From the NCBI GenBank assembly GCA_963771075.1, contig CAVYSE010000011.1, positions 484,929 through 548,928 of the forward strand: 64,000 bases of DNA. The letters run 5' to 3'. The first letter of the stretch is position 1, and the number at the start of each line of letters is the position of its first letter. The notes beneath the pieces are model-generated. The model saw only the letters and a program-made list of their open reading frames with translations, was not told where the DNA came from and did no database searches. A program made the position numbers and the translations under genes. This document shows, piece by piece, positions 39,667 to 48,744 of this stretch. Origin of the DNA: a candidate division FCPU426 bacterium. Its GTDB lineage: Bacteria > Oederibacteriota > Muellerivitia > Muellerivitales > Muellerivitaceae.

Positions 39667-42007
39667 GGTTTGTTTATAATCCCCAGTGACCGGTAGGTTT
39701 TCTGCCTACGCCAAGCCATTTTTTTGAGGACCGGCACGAAGTCATCCGAATAATCATAAACAACCGCGTTCTTTTTACCCTCATAAGCCCGCTGAATCCT
39801 CCCCAAATATTGAATGAGTTTTCCCTTGAAGGAAATGGGGAAGGATAAGAAGAGGGTATCCAGGTTGGGGCAGTCGAAACCTTCCCCAAGAAACTGGCCC
39901 GTCGCCACAAGGAGAATTTCAGCTTCAGGTGCCGCTTCTATGACTTCTTGAAGGACAGCCGCCCGTTCCTTCTTCCCCATATCCCCGGTTAAGAGTCCCG
40001 GTGCTTTCCCGCGAGCCTTCAGCATTTCAGTCAATTGCTGGCAATGTTCCTTCCTTTGGCTCAGCACAAGGCACTTCCGGCCTTCCGAAAGGGCTTGCAC
40101 AACGTCCTCAACAATCAATTCATTTCGGGATTCATCCTTGGGACAAGGTTTGGAAAATCCGTTGGATTGAGAATTCCCCTTCGATTTGCTCGAACCGGAA
40201 ATTGGTAGGCCTGGATTTTAAGAATGGTTTCCAAACCATCCTTGGATTCAGCCATCCGGTACCGCAAAGGCCCGCATTGCATGAAGATCAAGTCTTGGAG
40301 CCCATCCCTGCGGATGGGCGTGGCGGTCAACCCAAGGATATAGCGAACCGGGGCCTGCTTAACATATTGTTCGAAGGATACGGCGGGCAAAACATGGCAC
40401 TCATCCACTAGGATGAAACCATACCGGGAGAAAAACTCTCGCAGATCTTCCATCCGCTTGAGGCTTTGGATCATGGCGAGATCCACGATTCCAGTCGAGC
40501 GTTTCCTGCCCCCGCCCACTTGTCCGATTTGGCGGGGTTTCAATCCCAACATTTTTTTCAATTGGGCACGCCATTGGTCAAGAATAGGCTTGCGGTGGGA
40601 AAGGATAAGCGTTGGCAAATTGCGTTTGGCAACCGCGTAACAACCCATCACGGTCTTTCCGGCTCCCGGAGGAGCTACCAAGACCCCGCTTTCATGCCGT
40701 AGTACCTCACCCATCGCCTTTTCTTGATTAGTGGTCAATTCCCCATGGAATTTAAATTTCAAGGCGTCGGGAACCAACCGGGTGTCGGTTAACTCCACGG
40801 AGCTTCCGGCCTCTTCCAATATCTTTTTTAAATCCTCCAATGTGCCGCGCGGGAATTGGAGATAGGCGACGTCCTCCCCGTAACAGCGGATAAATCTTGG
40901 AATCCCGTAAGTTGAAAACCTCATGTTTTGCCGCTCATAAAAAACGGGATTGTGCAGGGAGGCCAGGTGCTTGAGCTGGGATAACAGCCAGGGTGGTATA
41001 CCTGATTTTTCGACACCGATGGAAGCATCCAAGACACATCGGACTAAGGATGGAGCCGGATATTTTTTCTTGAGAACAGGGGAAACGGCCTTTGCCGTTG
41101 TTTGTGGGCCGACTTCAATGGACGGAATCTTTTCCAACAAGGCTGATAATTGATCCGGGCTTAAGCGCCTGACGGAACTTAAGAACGCCCACTGATCGGG
41201 ATAGGGGTTTAAGTCAGGGTTTTCTGAATCCAGGAATTCCGTACAACCCATTTCCCGGCGCTGTTTTTGGAGTGGAAGAGCGATCAAGTTTCCGAAACCG
41301 CCCCTGGGCATGAAATCCTGGTTTGGAAAAAATCTGTCGTAACTAGCCAAGTCCACTTCGGCCCTTTTTTCCATCGTGTCCCGCAAGAGGCGCAGGCCTA
41401 ATTGCCGGGCGGATACGGCTTGGACGGGCGAGGAAAAGAAAACCCAAGCGTGCCCACCGTTCCCAGACCTGGATTTTTCCAGGTAGGCCGGAATGCCGTA
41501 AGAAGCGCAAGATTGCAGGTAGGCCAGTGCGTCCAATTCCCAACCGGCTTTGTCGAAATCGCAGGCAAGGAACCAACAGGTGTTTTCCTTGAGTAGCGGA
41601 TAAACACCGATGGTTTTCTTTCCGGATAAATGGTCTTGAACCACTTGGTCGGTCAAAGGCAGGTACTTCTTGGGTTTTCCCTTTCCAGCCCAGGGGTTCT
41701 CACAGGCCGGGGAATAGCCTTTCTTGCCGGTAGTCTGGTTTATCCACAAAACCGGATACACATCTTCCCGGCCCTTAAAGAGAATGCGAAACAGGTTTAT
41801 CTTGTCCTGGTTGGAGGAATGGGAATCCAATTTCGGTAAAGGCTCGGTCGGCAAAGGTGGGGGTGGAGGCGGTTCATCGGCAAATTCAACGGGAGATCCT
41901 TGGGCGACTAGCGCGGGTTCTTGGGGTAAGCCCAGCCGTTTTTTTAGCTCGGCGTTTTCCCGGCGCAGTCTTTCTAGTTCCTTAAGGGCCTCTTCCAATT
42001 CAGACAT
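39663..42007 (-). pseudogene. AEP primase-like domain-SF2 DEAD/DEAH helicase fusion with two single-base frameshifts
   Basis: LFKGREDVY, GVYPL, ACDFD, EKSRSGNGGHAW, FGNLIALPLQ; APPGAGKT, VDECH, GLTATP; C-terminal EGFDCP/QYLGRI motifs lie in another frame. Confidence 0.85.
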
Positions 42008-42035
42008 TAGACCCCCTTTAGGAGTCATTAGGAAA

Positions 42036-43256
42036 TTAAGCGAAGTAGTGGAGCGCCTCGGCGGCTCCCGCAATGAGTATTTCGCCATTTTCGAGTTTGT
42101 GGTTATTCCAAACGGGGCGGTTGACGAGTTGCAAGCCCCTTTTGCATGGCAAGACCGCCAAAAAACGGGACCAATTTTTGGAGGGTTCCATGTCGTTACT
42201 CTTCACTTCCACTGGTAACCAGGGAATGCCATCCCGGACGATCAGAAAATCGATCTCGTGTTTTTGCTTATCACGCAAGTAGAAGAGATCGAATTCTCCT
42301 TCGCCCGTGTCCGTCCAGTAATGGCAGGCTTTCAACAGGTGGCAGGCCACGAGATTTTCAAAACGGGCATCCGGGTCTTTCACCGCGGGGTAATCGAAAA
42401 GATAAACCTTTCCTTCCCGCCTCAGTGAGCGGACTATGTTCCGGCTGTATGGTTTTATCTCGAAGAGGTAGTAAAGCTCCTTCAGATAGGTCATCCATCG
42501 GCGGATGGTGTCAAAAGCGATCTCCATATCCTCCCGCAGGGAAGCGATGCTGAATAAAGAGCCCACCCGCTCCGGTATCAAGGAGGCCATCAATTCAAGC
42601 CTGCCCAGGTCAGGCAGGTGGCTGATGTCCCGCAAGTCCTCCCGGATAACGGTTTGCTCGTGACCCCGCCGCCACATCCGGGCGCTTTGCGCGTCCTGAC
42701 CGAACAAGGGCTCCGGAAACGGGCCGTAAGCCAACAGGGAGGCCAAATGTTTTTCACCCTGTTGATGGCGCTCAGAAGCACGGCTAAAAAGGAAATCCAT
42801 CGCTTTATCCGGAGGAAGGAAATCTTCTTGTTCCATTTCACGCAAACTGAAAGGGTGAAGCCGAAAATGAAAGAACCGGCCCATCATGCTGTCGCTTCCC
42901 CTCCGGTAGACGTTCAGGCGGGCGCTACCGGTTACGAGGAAATCACAGGGTGACACTAGCGTGTCGTACAAGCCTTTAAGATTCCGTTTCCATAACCGGT
43001 CTTTGTGAATTTCGTCCAGGATGACCAATGGAACGACCCCCGGGGTGGAGGGCGGAATAAGGGAGGAAGGTTTCTTTGTCCAAGTCCGGCGGAATTCCGC
43101 TTCGTCCCAGTTGTAATAGGTTCCGGCTCCACGTTTTTTGAGAAGCATCTTGGCGAGGGTTGTTTTTCCACATTGGCGCGGGCCGGAAACCATCGCGATT
43201 TTGTGCTTGGTGAAGCTGAAAGAGTTAATGGCGCTTGCCAGGTAACGATTCCGCAT
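42036..43256 (-). CDS. AAA_14-type ATPase with DUF4143 and C-terminal nuclease-like motif
   Basis: GPRQCGKTT, ILDEIHK, VTGSA, LHPFSLRE, FENLV, EIDF, PVEVK. Confidence 0.9.
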   Translation of the reverse strand: MRNRYLASAINSFSFTKHKIAMVSGPRQCGKTTLAKMLLKKRGAGTYYNWDEAEFRRTWTKKPSSLIPPSTPGVVPLVILDEIHKDRLWKRNLKGLYDTLVSPCDFLVTGSARLNVYRRGSDSMMGRFFHFRLHPFSLREMEQEDFLPPDKAMDFLFSRASERHQQGEKHLASLLAYGPFPEPLFGQDAQSARMWRRGHEQTVIREDLRDISHLPDLGRLELMASLIPERVGSLFSIASLREDMEIAFDTIRRWMTYLKELYYLFEIKPYSRNIVRSLRREGKVYLFDYPAVKDPDARFENLVACHLLKACHYWTDTGEGEFDLFYLRDKQKHEIDFLIVRDGIPWLPVEVKSNDMEPSKNWSRFLAVLPCKRGLQLVNRPVWNNHKLENGEILIAGAAEALHYFA

Positions 43257-43416
43257 ATTGACCATACTACGGAGTGCCCGCAGTTTGGTCAATAAGTCTA
43301 TTTCTGACTATATTCCCGACACACCTTAGTTTGGTCAAAAGAGCTTTTTTGCGGAATCTTGCGAATTTTAATAAAAGGCCGCGACCGGTTTATTGCAAAA
43401 GGTTTAGCCAAGGAGA

Positions 43417-43453
43417 TGTGACCCAATTAACGACATTCGTTAATTGGGTCACA
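43417..43453. repeat. Perfect 17-bp inverted repeat with 3-nt loop
   Basis: TGTGACCCAATTAACGA-cat-TCGTTAATTGGGTCACA. Confidence 0.9.
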
Positions 43454-43491
43454 CAGGGTAAAAGACATATCTGTTCCACAAACCCCTTTAG

Positions 43492-43728
43492 TTATTTCCA
43501 CATGTTTTTAGGTTCTTTCCGAGGATCGAAATGGGTCTTCCCGTCCTTGCTCATATGCCAAGTGGTCATGACTTGGTTCATTTTGAGGGGCAGGGCGTCT
43601 TCCCCGGCTTTATTGACCAGGATCTTGTTGTGGTGGCGGAGAGTCCTATTCGCCAGGCGTTTATCCGACTTCTCGGATTCGGCGGTGGTAATCCCCCGGA
43701 AGGGGTTATGTTTCCTGGAACGGCTCAT
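43492..43728 (-). CDS. Small basic hypothetical protein
   Basis: GGAGGTG RBS before ATG 43728; MSRSRKHNP...SEKSDK...W-x-M-S-K-D-G-K. Confidence 0.7.
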   Translation of the reverse strand: MSRSRKHNPFRGITTAESEKSDKRLANRTLRHHNKILVNKAGEDALPLKMNQVMTTWHMSKDGKTHFDPRKEPKNMWK

Positions 43729-43869
43729 AGGTGGCACCTCCCTTAATCTATTTTGGCAAAGCCGGAAAAGGTACCGCTGTTTTCTTTTTGTGTAAAGTCT
43801 CCACATATGTAACTCGCGGTGTAAATAATTATTATTCATGACATGAAAAACGAATAACTTCCCTTATTC

Positions 43870-43898
43870 TTGTAAACCGTAACGTTACACTTTATACT
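43870..43898 (+). promoter_or_regulatory. Promoter of the fic gene with a dyad in the spacer; probably leaderless
   Basis: TTGTAA - 17 bp - TATACT, ATG 7 nt later; palindrome GTAACGTTAC at 43879-43888. Confidence 0.65.
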
Positions 43899-43905
43899 TT
43901 ACGTA

Positions 43906-44889
43906 ATGAACTGGAACAAACTCGATCCAAAAAAGAAGCGCTTGGACGCCTTGCGTCCGCTGAAGCCAGCCCTCGTCCAGAACCTGGAAGAATGGTTCCG
44001 GGTGGAGTTGACCTATACGAGCAACGCGATTGAGGGCAACACCCTTACCCGCCAGGAAACGGCTGTTATCCTGGAAAAAGGGATCACCGTCGGTGGCCGG
44101 ACGATGCGGGAACATTTGGAAGCCACCAACCATGCCAAGGCATTGGATTGGTTGAATAAGGTTGTTGCCAGTCCAAGGCACCCGGTAGGCGAAAAAGAGA
44201 TCCTTGAACTGCACGGGATGATCCTCAAGGGTATCGACGATGCCAATGCCGGACGGTACCGGACTCTCATGGTCAGAATCTCGGGTTCCGCGGTGGTTCT
44301 CCCTAATGCCAAAAAAGTTCCTCAGCTCATGGGTCAATTCGCTTCCTGGCTCAAATCGACCACCGACCTACACCCAGCCGAGTTAGCGGCTCAAGCGCAT
44401 TACCGTTTGGTGAGTATCCATCCATTTGTCGATGGAAACGGAAGAACCGCCCGGCTTTTGATGAACCTGCTTTTAATGCGAAAAGGTTATCCCCCGGTTT
44501 TCATCCGAACCCGTGAGCGTTTGGCTTATTTAAACGGGCTCGAAAAGGCTCAGTTGGGGGGGAGTATCGAAGCCTATGAAGCGCTCATGTACAGGGTCAT
44601 GGACCGGTCTCTGGATATTTACCTGAAAGCGGCAAAGGGGGAAAGCCCTGCCAAGGAAACCCCGGAGATTACATCCCTGCTTCGGATCGGGGCCTTAGCC
44701 AGAAAGACGCGGGAAAGCACGGCGACCCTACGCCATTGGACCAAAGAAGGGCTTTTAAAACCGGCGGACCATACCGAATCGGGTTACACCTTATATCCAT
44801 TAGGGGCCGTTGAGGAAGTTAAGCTTATCCGGGAGTGGCAGGGAATGAGGCTTTCCCTACAGGAGATTAAAAGGGAATTAGAAAAATAA
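43906..44889 (+). CDS. Fic-domain protein (class II) with C-terminal MerR-type HTH
   Basis: SNAIEGN inhibitory helix, HPFVDGNGRTAR, LRIGALARKT...TLRHWTKEGLL...SGYTLY. Confidence 0.92.
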   Translation: MNWNKLDPKKKRLDALRPLKPALVQNLEEWFRVELTYTSNAIEGNTLTRQETAVILEKGITVGGRTMREHLEATNHAKALDWLNKVVASPRHPVGEKEILELHGMILKGIDDANAGRYRTLMVRISGSAVVLPNAKKVPQLMGQFASWLKSTTDLHPAELAAQAHYRLVSIHPFVDGNGRTARLLMNLLLMRKGYPPVFIRTRERLAYLNGLEKAQLGGSIEAYEALMYRVMDRSLDIYLKAAKGESPAKETPEITSLLRIGALARKTRESTATLRHWTKEGLLKPADHTESGYTLYPLGAVEEVKLIREWQGMRLSLQEIKRELEK

Positions 44890-44931
44890 TTATGTTTGAG
44901 CGGAAAAAGAGTCTTAGCCGCCATGCAAATT

Positions 44932-44988
44932 AGTTCAATCCAATGGACTCAAAATGTGGGCCTGCGCTCCACCCGTCCAAAAAGGTCC
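44932..44988 (+). repeat. Imperfect direct repeat, copy 1 (copy 2 at 47585-47641)
   Basis: 46 of 57 positions identical by manual alignment; 37 of the first 42. Confidence 0.85.
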
Positions 44989-45199
44989 ACCGTCCCCCTT
45001 CCGTCGGCGCGAGGGAAAAGTAATTGAAGGGCTGGAGCCGGGCCAAGAAGTTCGCCTTGACTAGAAATGATATTCAATCTCTCAAAAGGGGTTCTAAAAA
45101 GAAGCCTTGAAACAAGTCGAATGCCCCACCCATTTTATTAGGCTGGAATTTCCTTAAAGATCAATACATAATACCCTTAATAAATAAGGGGTTTGTGAA

Positions 45200-45808
45200 A
45201 TGCCTCGAAACACTGATTCTTACCAAAAACTATTCAAGACCGCCCTGGAACAACAGGGCTTCTTCACCACCCGCCAGGCGGTGGCCGCCAGCTACTCCGA
45301 AAAGAACCACGCCTTTCATGTGAACCGGGGGACGTGGGTCCGGGAGGAACGGGGTATTTATCGGCTTGCCCAATTCCCGGAACCCGAGAACTCCGATCTT
45401 ATCCTTTGGTCGCTTTGGTCGCGGGACAGGAAGGGGCTGCCCCAAGGTGTCTATTCCCACCAGACGGCCCTTCGAATCCATGAGCTGACTGACCTGAATC
45501 CTCCTAAGCTTCACATGACAGTTCCGCCTGTTTTTCGCAGGAGTGCCCCTATCCCCAAATTGCTGGTACTTCACCGGGGCAAAGTGGAGACAAAGGATAT
45601 CGAACAAAAGAAGGGGTACGCCGTGACGAATGTCCGGCGTACCCTGGAAGACCTCGCCCTGGAAAAAAGCGTGACTGAAAGCATCCTCCGCCAAGGCGTC
45701 GAGGAAGGAATACGCCGTGGAATACTCGGCCTCCGAGAAGTCGTGAATAGCCCCCTTCTCAAGAAAATGGCACCCCTAGCCCGTCGTGCGGCGGGAGGAG
45801 GCAGGTAA
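45200..45808 (+). CDS. Type IV toxin-antitoxin antitoxin, AbiEi family
   Basis: QQGFFTTRQA, RGIYRL, SHQTALRIHEL, VTNVRRTLED; directly upstream of an AbiEii gene. Confidence 0.88.
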   Translation: MPRNTDSYQKLFKTALEQQGFFTTRQAVAASYSEKNHAFHVNRGTWVREERGIYRLAQFPEPENSDLILWSLWSRDRKGLPQGVYSHQTALRIHELTDLNPPKLHMTVPPVFRRSAPIPKLLVLHRGKVETKDIEQKKGYAVTNVRRTLEDLALEKSVTESILRQGVEEGIRRGILGLREVVNSPLLKKMAPLARRAAGGGR

Positions 45809-45810
45809 CC

Positions 45811-46674
45811 ATGACAACCCGCAAGTTTAAGGACGCAACGGCTTTCCGCGCTTCTCTTGAGGAGAGGTTAAAGACCGTCTCCCGGAAGAAAGGAATGGAT
45901 CTTCAAAGATTGAGACGGCAGGTCGCTTTCGACCGGCTTCTGGCCAGGCTGTTTTCAGGTAAGAACGCTCCTTGGTACTTAAAAGGCGGGTACGCCATGG
46001 AATTGAGAATCCAAGGCGCACGGACAACAAGGGACGTTGACCTGGGCCGCTCCCTGGAACCTGGGGAAAGGACAAACCGTCCTAAACTTTTGGAGGAAGT
46101 ACAGGCCTTTGCCTCGCTGGACTTGGGGGACTTCTTCGAGTTCCGGATAGGCGCTTCAACCCTGGAATTGGAAGGTACCTATGGGGGATCACGCTTTCCA
46201 GTCGAAGCTAGGGTGGATGGCAGGAGTTTTGTGAAATTTCATATGGATGTTGGCTTGGGAGACGCTCTTACGGATTCATTGGAGGATTTAAAGGCCGTGG
46301 ATTGGCTGGGATTTGCGGATATTCCCGTTCCGGTGTTTCCGACCATTTCAAGGGAACAGCATTTCGCGGAGAAGGTTCACGCCTATACCAAGACAAGGAA
46401 AGACCGGGAGAATACCCGTGTGAGGGATTTGGTGGATATGGTTCTTTTGATGGGTGATTCCGGTTTGGAAAAGAAGAAGATGCGTAAAGCTCTTGAAAAG
46501 ACTTTCCACCATCGGAGTAGCCATTCACTACCTATTGACTTAAAAGTGCCGCCAGCCTCTTGGGAAAGACCTTTCGATGAAATGGCCGCAGAGTGCGGAT
46601 TGAAACTTTCTATTTCAGAGGCGTTTGGAAAAGTGAAAAAATATTTTAAAGAACTTCAAAAAGCAACTGGATAG
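45811..46674 (+). CDS. Type IV toxin-antitoxin toxin, AbiEii nucleotidyltransferase
   Basis: LKGGYAM, RTTRDVDL, AEKVHA, RVRDLVD. Confidence 0.92.
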   Translation: MTTRKFKDATAFRASLEERLKTVSRKKGMDLQRLRRQVAFDRLLARLFSGKNAPWYLKGGYAMELRIQGARTTRDVDLGRSLEPGERTNRPKLLEEVQAFASLDLGDFFEFRIGASTLELEGTYGGSRFPVEARVDGRSFVKFHMDVGLGDALTDSLEDLKAVDWLGFADIPVPVFPTISREQHFAEKVHAYTKTRKDRENTRVRDLVDMVLLMGDSGLEKKKMRKALEKTFHHRSSHSLPIDLKVPPASWERPFDEMAAECGLKLSISEAFGKVKKYFKELQKATG

Positions 46675-46732
46675 AAATGGTTACACTTGTAAATAAGTGT
46701 TGGTGTTTTTATCCACTGTGGAATTGGAGTTT

Positions 46733-47530
46733 ATGACTGTTCCTCAACCTTCGATTTTCGAGCGTTACATCGGCATTGACTATTCCGGTGCGCAAACCCC
46801 GACCGCCAGCCTGAAGGGCTTGAGGGTCTATTCCTCCAATCGAACAGGCCCGCCGCTGGGGGTAATGCCTCCGCCCAGCCCCCGCAAATATTGGACTAGG
46901 CGTGAGGTGGCCGAATGGCTGGCCGAGCGGTTGTCCGAACCCCAGCCGACACTCGTCGGTATCGACCACGGATTTTCTTTCCCCATGTCTTATTTCCAGG
47001 CCCATGGCCTTCCCCTTGATTGGCAGGCCTTCCTGGAAGACTTTCAACGAAATTGGCCCACCGACGAGGACCATACCTACGTGGATTTCGTTCGTGATGG
47101 GATAGTGGGGAACGGGAAAGCCCGTACCGGAAATACCCGGTGGCGGCGAATAGCTGAACTCAGGACCCGCATCGCCAAGTCCGTGTTCCAGTTTGATGTC
47201 CAAGGTTCGGTGGCAAAATCCACCCATTCCGGCTTGCCGTGGCTCCTTTACCTGCGCCGAAGAGTAGGCGGGAAAGTCCATTTCTGGCCCTTTGACGGGT
47301 GGGATATCCCGTCCGGCCGCTCGATCATTGCGGAAGTTTACCCTTCCCTTTGGAGCCGTAGCTTTCCGAACGAGGGACGCAACCCGGATCAGCACGACGC
47401 TTACTCGGTCTCCGAGTGGATGCGACAGGCCGACCTCAATGGGGATTTGGCGCGTTTTTTCCACCCCTCCCTCAAGCCAGAAGAAGAGAAGATCGCCCGT
47501 ATTGAAGGCTGGATATTGGGGGTCATGTAG
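46733..47530 (+). CDS. DUF429-like predicted RNase H-fold protein
   Basis: YIGIDYSGA, LVGIDHGFSFP, FWPFDGW, AEVYPS, DQHDA, EGWILG. Confidence 0.7.
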   Translation: MTVPQPSIFERYIGIDYSGAQTPTASLKGLRVYSSNRTGPPLGVMPPPSPRKYWTRREVAEWLAERLSEPQPTLVGIDHGFSFPMSYFQAHGLPLDWQAFLEDFQRNWPTDEDHTYVDFVRDGIVGNGKARTGNTRWRRIAELRTRIAKSVFQFDVQGSVAKSTHSGLPWLLYLRRRVGGKVHFWPFDGWDIPSGRSIIAEVYPSLWSRSFPNEGRNPDQHDAYSVSEWMRQADLNGDLARFFHPSLKPEEEKIARIEGWILGVM

Positions 47531-47584
47531 TCGAAGACCGGAGACGTCTTTCCGCTGAAACGCCCATCCGGTCCTTCCAAAAGA

Positions 47585-47641
47585 AGTTCAATCCATTGGA
47601 CACCAAGTGTGGGCCTACGCTCCACCAAGGCAAATAGGCCC
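47585..47641 (+). repeat. Imperfect direct repeat, copy 2
   Basis: Aligns without gaps to 44932-44988. Confidence 0.85.
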
Positions 47642-47805
47642 CCTCCCCCCCGGCGCGCCCCCATGCCTCTTGGACTCTTCTTCATCATGATATTTTCGGT
47701 GAAATCTAACCTGGGTCATATCTTTTGGATACGTATATCCTCCAAGATAAGTCCCAAGTTAGATGCTCATTTGCGTTTTTGGGTAAAAGGGCGTAGGATT
47801 CAAAT

Positions 47806-48162
47806 ATGAAAAAGTTGTTCTCGATAATGAATCGAATGTTCCTGGCGGCGGGGTTGTTGCTTGCCCTGACTCCCTGCGGCCTTTGTCACGGGTCCTCGGT
47901 GACGCAGACTTCCGTTTGCCCCATGGAACACATGGGGAACATGAATTGTTGCGGGCATTGCCAGTCCCATAAATCCCATAGCCCTCTTTGCAAGGTGATG
48001 GACCAATCCACCTTGCCGGCAGCGGGTGCCCATTTGAATGTTGCTGATGTTCAGGCGGGTTCCTTCGCCGTTGTTCTGCCCTCCTTCCTCAGGATGCCTA
48101 ATGTTTCGCCTGAAATCATCTTCGATACATCCCCTCCCAAGCCGCTAGTTCTCCGCATTTGA
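47806..48162 (+). CDS. Small Cys/His-rich exported protein heading the metal efflux cluster
   Basis: Signal-like N-terminus, CGLC, CPMEHM, CCGHC, C-terminal SPP. Confidence 0.65.
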   Translation: MKKLFSIMNRMFLAAGLLLALTPCGLCHGSSVTQTSVCPMEHMGNMNCCGHCQSHKSHSPLCKVMDQSTLPAAGAHLNVADVQAGSFAVVLPSFLRMPNVSPEIIFDTSPPKPLVLRI

Positions 48163-48322
48163 AAAATTTCTAAAACCAGCTATAGGCCCCGTGGAAAGGC
48201 CTATTGCGCTTTCGTGCGTCCTTTTCTAACGCTCAGAGCCTGCTTCTTTTCCGCAATTTCCTAACAGGGGCACAAGTCCGTCTAAAATCCCATTTTCACC
48301 CTAAAACTTAAGGAGAGCTGTG

Positions 48323-48667
48323 ATGAAAACTTTAACTTTCGTTTTTGCATTGGCTTTAATTCTTGGAACCACCACTTTGGGTTTCGCGGGAACGCAACCT
48401 GCTGTGAAATATCCTGCGGGCCAGTTCGCCACGGCAGGTGGAAATGTTCAGGTTACCCCTTGGGCCAAGGGCGTCCACCAATATCCGGGAGGGGTTGTTG
48501 TCGTCAATCCTGGAAACGGAATTTGCCCGGTGATGAACAACCCGATTAAGTCCAAGCATAACCTCGAAATAGCCCTGTCCAATGGCAAACACATGACGGT
48601 TTGCTGCGTGCCTTGCAAGGGGACAATCGAGAAAGACTTGAGGAAATTCCAGGCCTTCATGTACTAA
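48323..48667 (+). CDS. Small secreted protein with YHS/TRASH-like metal-binding motif
   Basis: AAGGAG RBS, signal peptide, ICPVM...CCVPC. Confidence 0.7.
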   Translation: MKTLTFVFALALILGTTTLGFAGTQPAVKYPAGQFATAGGNVQVTPWAKGVHQYPGGVVVVNPGNGICPVMNNPIKSKHNLEIALSNGKHMTVCCVPCKGTIEKDLRKFQAFMY

Positions 48668-48744
48668 AAGCAGGTGGAGCATCAGGGCGGGGCGCAAATA
48701 AAAACGCCCCGCAGGGCTCCATAAATGTTCCAGAGGACAAGAAA

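Noticed and set aside
45173..45192. AbiEi operator
   Set aside because: Only a 6-bp dyad (CCCTTA/TAAGGG); too weak to call
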